This document shows positions 12,901 through 25,400 of a stretch of DNA of 64,000 nucleotides, in pieces. Numbering within the stretch: the first letter of the stretch is position 1; every line of letters starts with the position of its first letter. A model generated the notes under the pieces. It searched no databases and was not told where the DNA came from. It saw only the letters and a list, made by a program, of their open reading frames with translations. The stretch is from Euprymna scolopes (lineage: Eukaryota), in the NCBI GenBank assembly GCA_053919585.1, contig CM132827.1; one strand, given 5' to 3'. The position numbers were made by a program, and so were the translations under genes.

Positions 12901-15050
12901 CTATTGAACTAAGGCATGGTTCTAAAACAAGATTTAAACTCGGCGCCGAAGAAGACAGACGCATGTAATCTCGCTCCGTGTCTATTGAACTAAGGCATGG
13001 TTCTAAAACAAGATTTCAACTCGGCGCCGAAGAAGACGGATGCATGTAATCTCGCTCCGTGCCTATTGAACTAAGGCATGGTTCTAAAACAAGATTTCAA
13101 CTCGGCGCCGAAGAAGACAGACGCATGTAATCTCGCTCCGTGTCTATTGAACTAAGGCATGGTTCTAAAACAAGATTTCAACTCGGCGCCGAAGAAGACG
13201 GACGCATGTAATCTCGCTCCGTGCCTATTGAACTAAGGCATGGTTCTAAAACAAGATTTCAACTCGGCGCCGAAGAAGACGGACGCATGTAATCTCGCTC
13301 CGTGTCTATTGAACTAAGGCATGGTTCTAAAACAAGATTTCAACTCGGCGCCGAAGAAGACGGACGCATGTAATCTCGCTCCGTGCCTATTGAACTAAGG
13401 CATGGTTCTAAAACAAGATTTCAACTCGGCGCCGAAGAAGACGGACGCATGTAATCTCGCTCCGTGCCTATTGAACTAAGGCATGGTTCTAAAACAAGAT
13501 TTCAACTCGGCGCCGAAGAAGACGGACGCATGTAATCTCGCTCCGTGCCTATTGAACTAAGGCATGGTTCTAAAACAAGATTTCAACTCGGCGCCGAAGA
13601 AGACGGACGCATGTAATCTCGCTCCGTGCCTATTGAACTAAGGCATGTTTCTAAAACAAGATTTCAACTCGGCGCCGAAGAAGACGGACGCATGTAATCT
13701 CGCTCCGTGCCTATTGAACTAAGGCATGGTTCTAAAACAAGATTTCAACTCGGCGCCGAAGAAGACGGACGCATGTAATCTCGCTCCGTGCCTATTGAAC
13801 TAAGGCATGGTTCTAAAACAAGATTTCAACTCGGCGCCGAAGAAGACGGACGCATGTAATCTCGCTCCGTGCCTATTGAACTAAGGCATGGTTCTAAAAC
13901 AAGATTTCAACTCGGCGCCGAAGAAGACGGACGCATGTAATCTCGCTCCGTGCCTATTGAACTAAGGCATGGTTCTAAAACAAGATTTCAACTCGGCGCC
14001 GAAGAAGACGGACGCATGTAATCTCGCTCCGTGCCTATTGAACTAAGGCATGGTTCTAAAACAAGATTTCAACTCGGCGCCGAAGAAGACGGACGCATGT
14101 AATCTCGCTCCGTGCCTATTGAACTAAGGCATGGTTCTAAAACAAGATTTCAACTCGGCGCCGAAGAAGACGGACGCATGTAATCTCGCTCCGTGCCTAT
14201 TGAACTAAGGCATGGTTCTAAAACAAGATTTCAACTCGGCGCCGAAGAAGACGGACGCATGTAATCTCGCTCCGTGCCTATTGAAGTAAGGCATGGTTCT
14301 AAAACAAGATTTCAACTCGGCGCCGAAGAAGACGGACGCATGTAATCTCGCTCCGTGCCTATTGAACTAAGGCATGGTTCTAAAACAAGATTTCAACTCG
14401 GCGCCGAAGAAGACGGACGCATGTAATCTCGCTCCGTGCCTATTGAACTAAGGCATGGTTCTAAAACAAGATTTCAACTCGGCGCCGAAGAAGACGGACG
14501 CATGTAATCTCGCTCCGTGCCTATTGAACTAAGGCATGGTTCTAAAACAAGATTTCAACTCGGCGCCGAAGAAGACGGACGCATGTAATCTCGCTCCGTG
14601 CCTAATGAACTAAAGCATGGTTCTAAAACAAGATTTCAACTCGGCGCCGAAGAAGACGGACGCATGTAATCTCGCTCCGTGCCTATTGAACTAAGGCATG
14701 GTTCTAAAACAAGATTTCAACTCGGCGCCGAAGAAGACGGACGCATGTAATCTCGCTCCGTGCCTATTGAACTAAGGCATGGTTCTAAAACAAGATTTCA
14801 ACTCGGCGCCGAAGAAGACGGACGCATGTAATCTCGCTCCGTGCCTATTGAACTAAGGCATGGTTCTAAAACAAGATTTCAACTCGGCGCCGAAGAAGAC
14901 GGACGCATGTAATCTCGCTCCGTGCCTGTTGAACTAAGGCATGGTTCTAAAACAAGATTTCAACTCGGCGCCGAAGAAGACGGACGCATGTAATCTCGCT
15001 CCGTGATTATTGAACTAAGGCATGGTTCTAAAACAAGATTTCAACTCGGC
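8700..15050. repeat. ~3.2 kb near-identical blocks on either side of the gap
   Basis: Markers at a constant 3263-bp offset: 8899/12162, 9673/12936, 10385/13648, 11023/14286, 11342/14605. Confidence 0.88.
11787..11886. other. Assembly/scaffold gap (100 N, conventional unknown-size gap)
   Basis: Exactly 100 N. The array continues in the same orientation on both sides; the left flank ends in a non-consensus CTCGGG. Confidence 0.99.
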
Positions 15051-16460
15051 GCCGAAGAAGACAGACGCATGTAATCTCGTTCCGTGCCTATTGACATAAG
15101 GCATGGTTCTAAAACAAGATTTCAACTCGGCGCCGAAGAAGACAGACGCATGTAATCTCGCTCCGTGTCTATTGAACTAAGGCATGGTTCTAAAACAAGA
15201 TTTCAACTCGGCGCCGAAGAAGACGGACGCATGTAATCTCGCTCCGTGCCTATTGAACTAAGGCATGGTTCTAAAACAAGATTTCAACTCGGCGCCGAAG
15301 AAGACGGACGCATGTAATCTCGCTCCGTGCCTATTGAACTAAGGCATGGTTCTAAAACAAGATTTCAACTCGGCGCCGAAGAAGACAGACGCATGTAATC
15401 TCGCTCCGTGCCTATTGAACTAAGGCATGGTTCTTAAACAAGATTTCAACTCGGCGCCGAAGAAGACAGACGCATGTAATCTCGCTCCGTGTCTATTGAA
15501 CTAAGGCATGGTTCTAAAACAAGATTTCAACTCGGCGCCGAAGAAGACAGACGCATGTAATCTCGCTCCGTGTCTATTGAACTAAGGCATGGTTCTAAAA
15601 CAAGATTTCAACTCGGCGCCGAAGAAGACGGACGCATGTAATCTCGCTCCGTGCCTATTGAACTAAGGCATGGTTCTAAAACAAGATTTCAACTCGGCGC
15701 CGAAGAAGACGGACGCATGTAATCTCGCTCCGTGCCTATTGAACTAAGGCATGGTTCTAAAACAAGATTTCAACTCGGCGCCGAAGAAGACAGACGCATG
15801 TAATCTCGCTCCGTGTCTATTGAACTAAGGCATGGTTCTAAAACAAGATTTCAACTCGGCGCCGAAGAAGACAGACGCATGTAATCTCGCTCCGTGTCTA
15901 TTGAACTAAGGCATGGTTCTAAAACAAGATTTCAACTCGGCGCCGAAGAAGACGGACGCATGTAATCTCGCTCCGTGTCTATTGAACTAAGGCATGGTTC
16001 TAAAACAAGAGTTCAACTCGGCGCCGAAGAAAACAGACGCATGTAATCTCGCTCCGTGTCTATTGAACTAAGGCATGGTTCTAAAACAAGATTTCAACTC
16101 GGCGCCGAAGAAGACGGACGCATGTAATCTCGCTCCGTGCCTATTGAACTAAGGCATGGTTCTAAAACAAGATTTCAACTCGGCGCCGAAGAAGACAGAC
16201 GCATGTAATCTCGCTCCGTGTCTATTGAACTAAGGCATGGTTCTAAAACAAGATTTCAACTCGGCGCCGAAGAAGACGGACGCATGTAATCTCGCTCCGT
16301 GCCTATTGAACTAAGGCATGGTTCTAAAACAAGATTTCAACTCGGCGCCGAAGAAGACAGACGCATGTAATCTCGCTCCGTGTCTATTGAACTAAGGCAT
16401 GGTTCTAAAACAAGATTTCAACTCGGCGCCGAAGAAGACGGACGCATGTAATCTCGCTCC

Positions 16461-19400
16461 TTGTCTATTGAACTAAGGCATGGTTCTAAAACAAGATTTC
16501 AACTCGGCGCCGAAGAAGACGGACGCATGTAATCTCGCTCCTTGTCTATTGAACTAAGGCATGGTTCTAAAACAAGATTTCAACTCGGCGCCGAAGAAGA
16601 CGGACGCATGTAATCTCGCTCCTTGTCTATTGAACTAAGGCATGGTTCTAAAACAAGATTTCAACTCGGCGCCGAAGAAGACAGACGCATGTAATCTCGC
16701 TCCGTGCCTATTGAACTAAGGCATGGTTCTTAAACAAGATTTCAACTCGGCGCCGAAGAAGACAGACGCATGTAATCTCGCTCCGTGTCTATTGAACTAA
16801 GGCATGGTTCTAAAACAAGATTTCAACTCGGCGCCGAAGAAGACAGACGCATGTAATCTCGCTCCGTGTCTATTGAACTAAGGCATGGTTCTAAAACAAG
16901 ATTTCAACTCGGCGCCGAAGAAGACGGACGCATGTAATCTCGCTCCGTGCCTATTGAACTAAGGCATGGTTCTAAAACAAGATTTCAACTCGGCGCCGAA
17001 GAAGACGGACGCATGTAATCTCGCTCCGTGCCTATTGAACTAAGGCATGGTTCTAAAACAAGATTTCAACTCGGCGCCGAAGAAGACAGACGCATGTAAT
17101 CTCGCTCCGTGTCTATTGAACTAAGGCATGGTTCTAAAACAAGATTTCAACTCGGCGCCGAAGAAGACAGACGCATGTAATCTCGCTCCGTGTCTATTGA
17201 ACTAAGGCATGGTTCTAAAACAAGATTTCAACTCGGCGCCGAAGAAGACGGACGCATGTAATCTCGCTCCGTGTCTATTGAACTAAGGCATGGTTCTAAA
17301 ACAAGAGTTCAACTCGGCGCCGAAGAAGACAGACGCATGTAATCTCGCTCCGTGTCTATTGAACTAAGGCATGGTTCTAAAACAAGATTTCAACTCGGCG
17401 CCGAAGAAGACGGACGCATGTAATCTCGCTCCGTGCCTATTGAACTAAGGCATGGTTCTAAAACAAGATTTCAACTCGGCGCCGAAGAAGACAGACGCAT
17501 GTAATCTCGCTCCGTGTCTATTGAACTAAGGCATGGTTCTAAAACAAGATTTCAACTCGGCGCCGAAGAAGACAGACGCATGTAATCTCGCTCCGTGTCT
17601 ATTGAACTAAGGCATGGTTCTAAAACAAGATTTCAACTCGGCGCCGAAGAAGACGGACGCATGTAATCTCGCTCCGTGTCTATTGAACTAAGGCATGGTT
17701 CTAAAACAAGATTTCAACTCGGCGCCGAAGAAGACGGACGCATGTAATCTCGCTCCGTGTCTATTGAACTAAGGCATGGTTCTAAAACAAGATTTCAACT
17801 CGGCGCCGAAGAAGACGGACGCATGTAATCTCGCTCCGTGCCTATTGAACTAAGGCATGGTTCTAAAACAAGATTTCAACTCGGCGCCGAAGAAGACAGA
17901 CGCATGTAATCTCGCTCCGTGTCTATTGAACTAAGGCATGGTTCTAAAACAAGATTTCAACTCGGCGCCGAAGAAGACGGACGCATGTAATCTCGCTCCG
18001 TGCCTATTGAACTAAGGCATGGTTCTAAAACAAGATTTCAACTCGGCGCCGAAGAAGACAGACGCATGTAATCTCGCTCCGTGTCTATTGAACTAAGGCA
18101 TGGTTCTAAAACAAGATTTCAACTCGGCGCCGAAGAAGACGGACGCATGTAATCTCGCTCCTTGTCTATTGAACTAAGGCATGGTTCTAAAACAAGATTT
18201 CAACTCGGCGCCGAAGAAGACGGACGCATGTAATCTCGCTCCTTGTCTATTGAACTAAGGCATGGTTCTAAAACAAGATTTCAACTCGGCGCCGAAGAAG
18301 ACGGACGCATGTAATCTCGCTCCTTGTCTATTGAACTAAGGCATGGTTCTAAAACAAGATTTCAACTCGGCGCCGAAGAAGACGGACGCATGTAATCTCG
18401 CTCCGTGCCGATTGAACTAAGGCATGGTTCTAAAACAAGATTTCAACTCGGCGCCGAAGAAGACAGACGCATGTAATCTCGCTCCGTGTCTATTGAACTA
18501 AGGCATGGTTCTAAAACAAGATTTCAACTCGGCGCCGAAGAAGACGGACGCATGTAATCTCGCTCCGTGCCTATTGAACTAAGGCATGGTTCTAAAACAA
18601 GATTTCAACTCGGCGCCGAAGAAGACGGACGCATGTAATCTCGCTCCGTGTCTATTGAACTAAGGCATGGTTCTAAAACAAGATTTCAACTCGGCGCCGA
18701 AGAAGACGGACGCATGTAATCTCGCTCCGTGCCTATTGAACTTAGGCATGGTTCTAAAACAAGATTTCAACTCGGCGCCGAAGAAGACGGACGCATGTAA
18801 TCTCGCTCCGTGCCTATTGAACTAAGGCATGGTTCTAAAACAAGATTTCAACTCGGCGCCGAAGAAGACGGACGCATGTAATCTCGCTCCGTGCCTATTG
18901 AACTAAGGCATGGTTCTAAAACAAGATTTCAACTCGGCGCCGAAGAAGACAGACGCATGTAATCTCGCTCCGTGCCTATTGAACTAAGGCATGGTTCTAA
19001 AACAAGATTTCAACTCGGCGCCGAAGAAGACAGACGCATGTAATCTCGCTCCGTGCCTATTGAACTAAGGCATGGTTCTAAAACAAGATTTCAACTCGGC
19101 GCCGAAGAAGACAGACGCATGTAATCTCGCTCCGTGTCTATTGAACTAAGGCATGGTTCTAAAACAAGATTTCAACTCGGCGCCGAAGAAGACAGACGCA
19201 TGTAATCTCGCTCCTTGTCTATTGAACTAAGGCATGGTTCTAAAACAAGATTTCAACTCGGCGCCGAAGAAGACGGACGCATGTAATCTCGCTCCGTGCC
19301 TATTGAACTAAGGCATGGTTCTAAAACAAGATTTCAACTCGGCGCCGAAGAAGACAGACGCATGTAATCTCGCTCCTTGTCTATTGAACTAAGGCATGGT

Positions 19401-22400
19401 TCTAAAACAAGATTTCAACTCGGCGCCGAAGAAGACGGACGCATGTAATCTCGCTCCGTGCCTATTGAACTAAGGCATGGTTCTAAAACAAGATTTCAAC
19501 TCGGCGCCGAAGAAGACAGACGCATGTTATCTCGCTCCGTGCCTATTGAACTAAGGCATGGTTCTAAAACAAGATTTCAACTCGGCGCCGAAGAAGTCAG
19601 ACGCATGTAATCTCGCTCCGTGTCTATTGAACTAAGGCATGGTTCTAAAACAAGATTTCAACTCGGCGCCGAAGAAGACGGACGCATGTAATCTCGCTCC
19701 GTGTCTATTGAACTAAGGCATGGTTCTAAAACAAGATTTCAACTCGGCGCCGAAGAAGACCGACGCATGTAATCTCGCTCCTTGTCTATTGAACTAAGGC
19801 ATGGTTCTAAAACAAGATTTCAACTCGGCGCCGAAGAAGACGGACGCATGTAATCTCGCTTCGTGTCTATTGAACTAAGGCATGGTTCTAAAACAAGATT
19901 TCAACTCGGCGCCGAAGAAGACGGACGCATGTAATCTCGCTTCGTGTCTATTGAACTAAGGCATGGTTCTAAAACAAGATTTCAACTCGGCGCCGAAGAA
20001 GACAGACGCATGTAATCTCGCACCTTGTCTATTGAACTAAGGCATGGTTCTAAAACAAGATTTCAACTCGGCGCCGAAGAAGACGGACGCATGTAATCTC
20101 GCTTAGTGCCTATTGAACTAAGGCATGGTTCTAAAACAAGATTTCAACTCGGCGCCGAAGAAGACGGACGCATGTAATCTCGCTCCGTGCCTATTGAACT
20201 AAGGCATGGTTCTAAAACAAGATTTCAACTCGGCGCCGAAGAAGTCAGACGCATGTAATCTCGCTCCGTGTCTATTGAACCTAGGCATGGTTCTAAAACA
20301 AGATTTCAACTCGGCGCCGAAGAAGACGGACGCATGTAATCTCGCTCCGTGTCTATTGAACTAAGGCATGGTTCTAAAACAAGATTTCAACTCGGCGCCG
20401 AAGAAGACCGACGCATGTAATCTCGCTCCTTGTCTATTGAACTAAGGCATGGTTCTAAAACAAGATTTCAACTCGGCGCCGAAGAAGACGGACGCATGTA
20501 ATCTCGCTTCGTGTCTATTGAACTAAGGCATGGTTCTAAAACAAGATTTCAACTCGGCGCCGAAGAAGACGGACGCATGTAATCTCGCTTCGTGTCTATT
20601 GAACTAAGGCATGGTTCTAAAACAAGATTTCAACTCGGCGCCGAAGAAGACAGACGCATGTAATCTCGCTCCTTGTCTATTGAACTAAGGCATGGTTCTA
20701 AAACAAGATTTCAACTCGGCGCCGAAGAAGACGGACGCATGTAATCTCGCTCCTTGTCTATTGAACTAAGGCATGGTTCTAAAACAAGATTTCAACTCGG
20801 CGCCGAAGAAGACAGACGCATGTAATCTCGCTCCGTGTCTATTGAACTAAGGCATGGTTCTAAAACAAGATTTCAACTCGGCGCCGAAGAAGACGGACGC
20901 ATGTAATCTCGCTCCTTGTCTATTGAACTAAGGCATGGTTCTAAAACAAGATTTCAACTCGGCGCCGAAGAAGACAGACGCATGTAATCTCGCTCCTTGT
21001 CTATTGAACTAAGGCATGGTTCTAAAACAAGATTTCAACTCGGCGCCGAAGAAGACAGACGCATGTAATCTCGCTCCGTGTCTATTGAACTAAGGCATGG
21101 TTCTAAAACAAGATTTCAACTCGGCGCCGAAGAAGACGGACGCATGTAATCTCGCTCCTTGTCTATTGAACTAAGGCATGGTTCTAAAACAAGATTTCAA
21201 CTCGGCGCCGAAGAAGACAGACGCATGTAATCTCGCTCCGTGTCTATTGAACTAAGGCATGGTTCTAAAACAAGATTTCAACTCGGCGCAGAAGAAGACG
21301 GACGCATGTAATCTCGCTCCTTGTCTATTGAACTAAGGCATGGTTCTAAAACAAGATTTCAACTCGGCGCCGAAGAAGACGGACGCATGTAATCTCGCTC
21401 CTTGTCTATTGAACTAATGCATGGTTCTAAAACAAGATTTCAACTCGGCGCCGAAGAAGACAGACGCATGTAATCTCGCTCCGTGTCTATTGAACTAAGG
21501 CATGGTTCTAAAACAAGATTTCAACTCGGCGCCGAAGAAGACGGACGCATGTAATCCCGCTCCTTGTCTATTGAACTAAGGAATGGTTCTAAAACAAGAT
21601 TTCAACTCGGCGCCGAAGAAGACGGACGCATGTAATCTCGCTCCGTGCCTATTGAACTAAGGCATGGTTCTAAAACAAGATTTCAACTCGGCGCCGAAGA
21701 AGACGGACGCATGTAATCTCGCTCCGTGCCTATTGAACTAAGGCATGGTTCTAAAACAAGATTTCAACTCGGCGCCGAAGAAGACAGACGCATGTAATCT
21801 CGCTCCGTGTCTATTGAACTAAGGCATGGTTCTAAAACAAGATTTCAACTCGGCGCCGAAGAAGACGGACGCATGTAATCTCGCTCCGTGCCTATTGAAC
21901 TAAGGCATGGTTCTAAAACAAAATTTCAACTCGGCGCCGAAGAAGACAGACGCATGTAATCTCGCTCCGTGTCTATTGAACTAAGGCATGGTTCTAAAAC
22001 AAGATTTCAACTCGGCGCCGAAGAAGACGGACGCATGTAATCTCGCTCCGTGCCTATTGAACTAAGGCATGGTTCTAAAACAAGATTTCAACTCGGCGCC
22101 GAAGAAGACAGACGCATGTAATCTCGCTCCTTGTCTATTGAACTAAGGCATGGTTCTAAAACAAAATTTCAACTCGGCGTTGAAGAAGACAGACGCATGT
22201 AATCTCGCTCCTTGTCTATTGAACTAAGGCATGGTTCTAAAACAAGATTTCAACTCGGCGCCGAAGAAGACGGACGCATTTAATCTCGCTCCGTGCCTAT
22301 TGAACTAAGGCATGGTTCTAAAACAAGATTTCAACTCGGCGCCGAAGAAGACGAACGCATGTAATCTCGCTCCGTGCCTATTGAACTAAGGCATGGTTCT

Positions 22401-25400
22401 AAAACAAGATTTCAACTCGGCGCCGAAGAAGACAGACGCATGTAATCTCGCTCCGTGCCTATTGAACTAAGGCATGGTTCTAAAACAAGATTTCAACTCG
22501 GCACCGAAGAAGTCAGACGCATGTAATCTCGCTCCGTGTCTATTGAACTAAGGCATGGTTCTAAAACAAGATTTCAACTCGGCGCCGAAGAAGACGGACG
22601 CATGTAATCTCGCTCCGTGTCTATTGAACTAAGGCATGGTTCTAAAACAAGATTTCAACTCGGCGCCGAAGAAGACCGACGCATGTAATCTCGCTCCTTG
22701 TCTATTGAACTAAGGCATGGTTCTAAAACAAGATTTCAACTCGGCGCCGAAGAAGACGGACGCATGTAATCTCGCTTCGTGTCTATTGAACTAAGGCATG
22801 GTTCTAAAACAAGATTTCAACTCGGCGCCGAAGAAGACGGACGCATGTAATCTCGCTTCGTGTCTATTGAACTAAGGCATGGTTCTAAAACAAGATTTCA
22901 ACTCGGCGCCGAAGAAGACAGACGCATGTAATCTCGCTCCTTGTCTATTGAACTAAGGCATGGTTCTAAAACAAGATTTCAACTCGGCGCCGAAGAAGAC
23001 AGACGCATGTAATCTCGCTCCTTGTCTATTGAACTAAGGCATGGTTCTAAAACAAGATTTCAACTCGGCGCCGAAGAAGACGGACGCATGTAATCTCGCT
23101 CCTTGTCTATTGAACTAAGGCATGGTTCTAAAACAAGATTTCAACTCGGCGCCGAAGAAGACGGACGCATGTAATCTCGCTCCTTGTCTATTGAACTAAG
23201 GCATGGTTCTAAAACAAGATTTCAACTCGGCGCCGAAGAAGACGGACGCATGTAATCTCGCTCCGTGTCTATTGAACTAAGGCATGGTTCTAAAACAAGA
23301 TTTCAACTCGGCGCCGAAGAAGACGGACGCATGTAATCTCGCTCCGTGTCTATTGAACTAAGGCATGGTTCTAAAACAAGATTTCAACTCGGCGCCGAAG
23401 AAGACAGACGCATGTAATCTCGCTCCGTGTCTATTGAACTAAGGCATGGTTCTAAAACAAGATTTCAACTCGGCGCCGAAGAAGACGGACGCATGTAATC
23501 TCGCTCCTTGTCTATTGAACTAAGGCATGGTTCTAAAACAAGATTTCAACTCGGCGCCGAAGAAGACGGACGCATGTAATCTCGCTCCTTGTCTATTGAA
23601 CTAAGGCATGGTTCTAAAACAAGATTTCAACTCGGCGCCGAAGAAGACGGACGCATGTAATCTCGCTCCGTGTCTATTGAACTAAGGCATGGTTCTAAAA
23701 CAAGATTTCAACTCGGCGCCGAAGAAGACGGACGCATGTAATCTCGCTCCGTGTCTATTGAACTAAGGCATGGTTCTAAAACAAGATTTCAACTCGGCGC
23801 CGAAGAAGACAGACGCATGTAATCTCGCTCCGTGTCTATTGAACTAAGGCATGGTTCTAAAACAAGATTTCAACTCGGCGCCGAAGAAGACAGACGCATG
23901 TAATCTCGCTCCGTGTCTATTGAACTAAGGCATGGTTCTAAAACAAAATTTCAACTCGGCGCCGAAGAAGACAGACGCATGTAATCTCGCTCCGTGTCCA
24001 TTGAACTAAGGCATGGTTCTAAAACAAGATTTCAACTCGGCGCCGAAGAAGACGGACGCATGTAATCTCGCTCCGTGCCTATTGAACTAAGGCATGGTTC
24101 TAAAACAAGATTTCAACTCGGCGCCGAAGAAGACAGACGCATGTAATCTCGCTCCGTGTCTATTGAACTAAGGCATGGTTCTAAAACAAGATTTCAACTC
24201 GGCGCCGAAGAAGACAGACGCACGTAATCTCGCTCCGTGCCTATTGAACTAAGGCATGGTTCTAAAACAAGATTTCAACTCGGCGCCGAAGAAGACGGAC
24301 GCATGTAATCTCGCTCCGTGCCTATTGAACTAAGGCATGGTTCTAAAACAAGATTTCAACTCGGCGCCGAAGAAGACGGACGCATGTAATCTCGCTCCGT
24401 GTCTATTGAACTAAGGCATGGTTCTAAAACAAGATTTCAACTCGGCGCCGAAGAAGACGGACGCATGTAATCTCGCTCCGTGCCTATTGAACTAAGGCAT
24501 GGTTCTAAAACAAGATTTCAACTCGGCGCCGAAGAAGACAGACGCACGTAATCTCGCTCCGTGTCTATTAAACTAAGGCATGGTTCTAAAACAAGATTTC
24601 AACTCGGCGCCGAAGAAGACGGACGCATGTAATCTCGCTCCGTGTCTATTGAACTAAGGCATGGTTCTAAAACAAGATTTCAACTCGGCGCCGAAGAAGA
24701 CGGACGCATGTAATCTCGCTCCGTGTCTATTGAACTAAGGCATGGTTCTAAAACAAGATTTCAACTCGGCGCCGAAGAAGACGGACGCATGTAATCTCGC
24801 TCCGTGCCTATTGAACTAAGGCATGGTTCTAAAACAAGATTTCAACTCGGCGCCGAAGAAGACGGACGCATGTAATCTCGCTCCGTGCCTATTGAACTAA
24901 GGCATGGTTCTAAAACAAGATTTCAACTCGGCGCCGAAGAAGACGGACGCATGTAATCTCGCTCCGTGCCTATTGAACTAAGGCATGGTTCTAAAACAAG
25001 ATTTCAACTCGGCGCCGAAGAAGACGGACGCATGTAATCTCGCTCCGTGCCTATTGAACTAAGGCATGGTTCTAAAACAAGATTTCAACTCGGCGCCGAA
25101 GAAGACAGACGCATGTAATCTCGCTCCGTGCCTATTGAACTAAGGCATGGTTCTAAAACAAAATTTCAACTCGGCGCCGAAGAAGACGGACGCATGTAAT
25201 CTCGCTCCGTGTCTATTGAACTAAGGCATGGTTCTAAAACAAGATTTCAACTCGGCGCCGAAGAAGACGGACGCATGTAATCTCGCTCCGTGCCTATTGA
25301 ACTAAGGCATGGTTCTAAAACAAGATTTCAACTCGGCGCCGAAGAAGACAGACGCATGTAATCTCGCTCCTTGTCTATTGAACTAAGGCATGGTTCTAAA

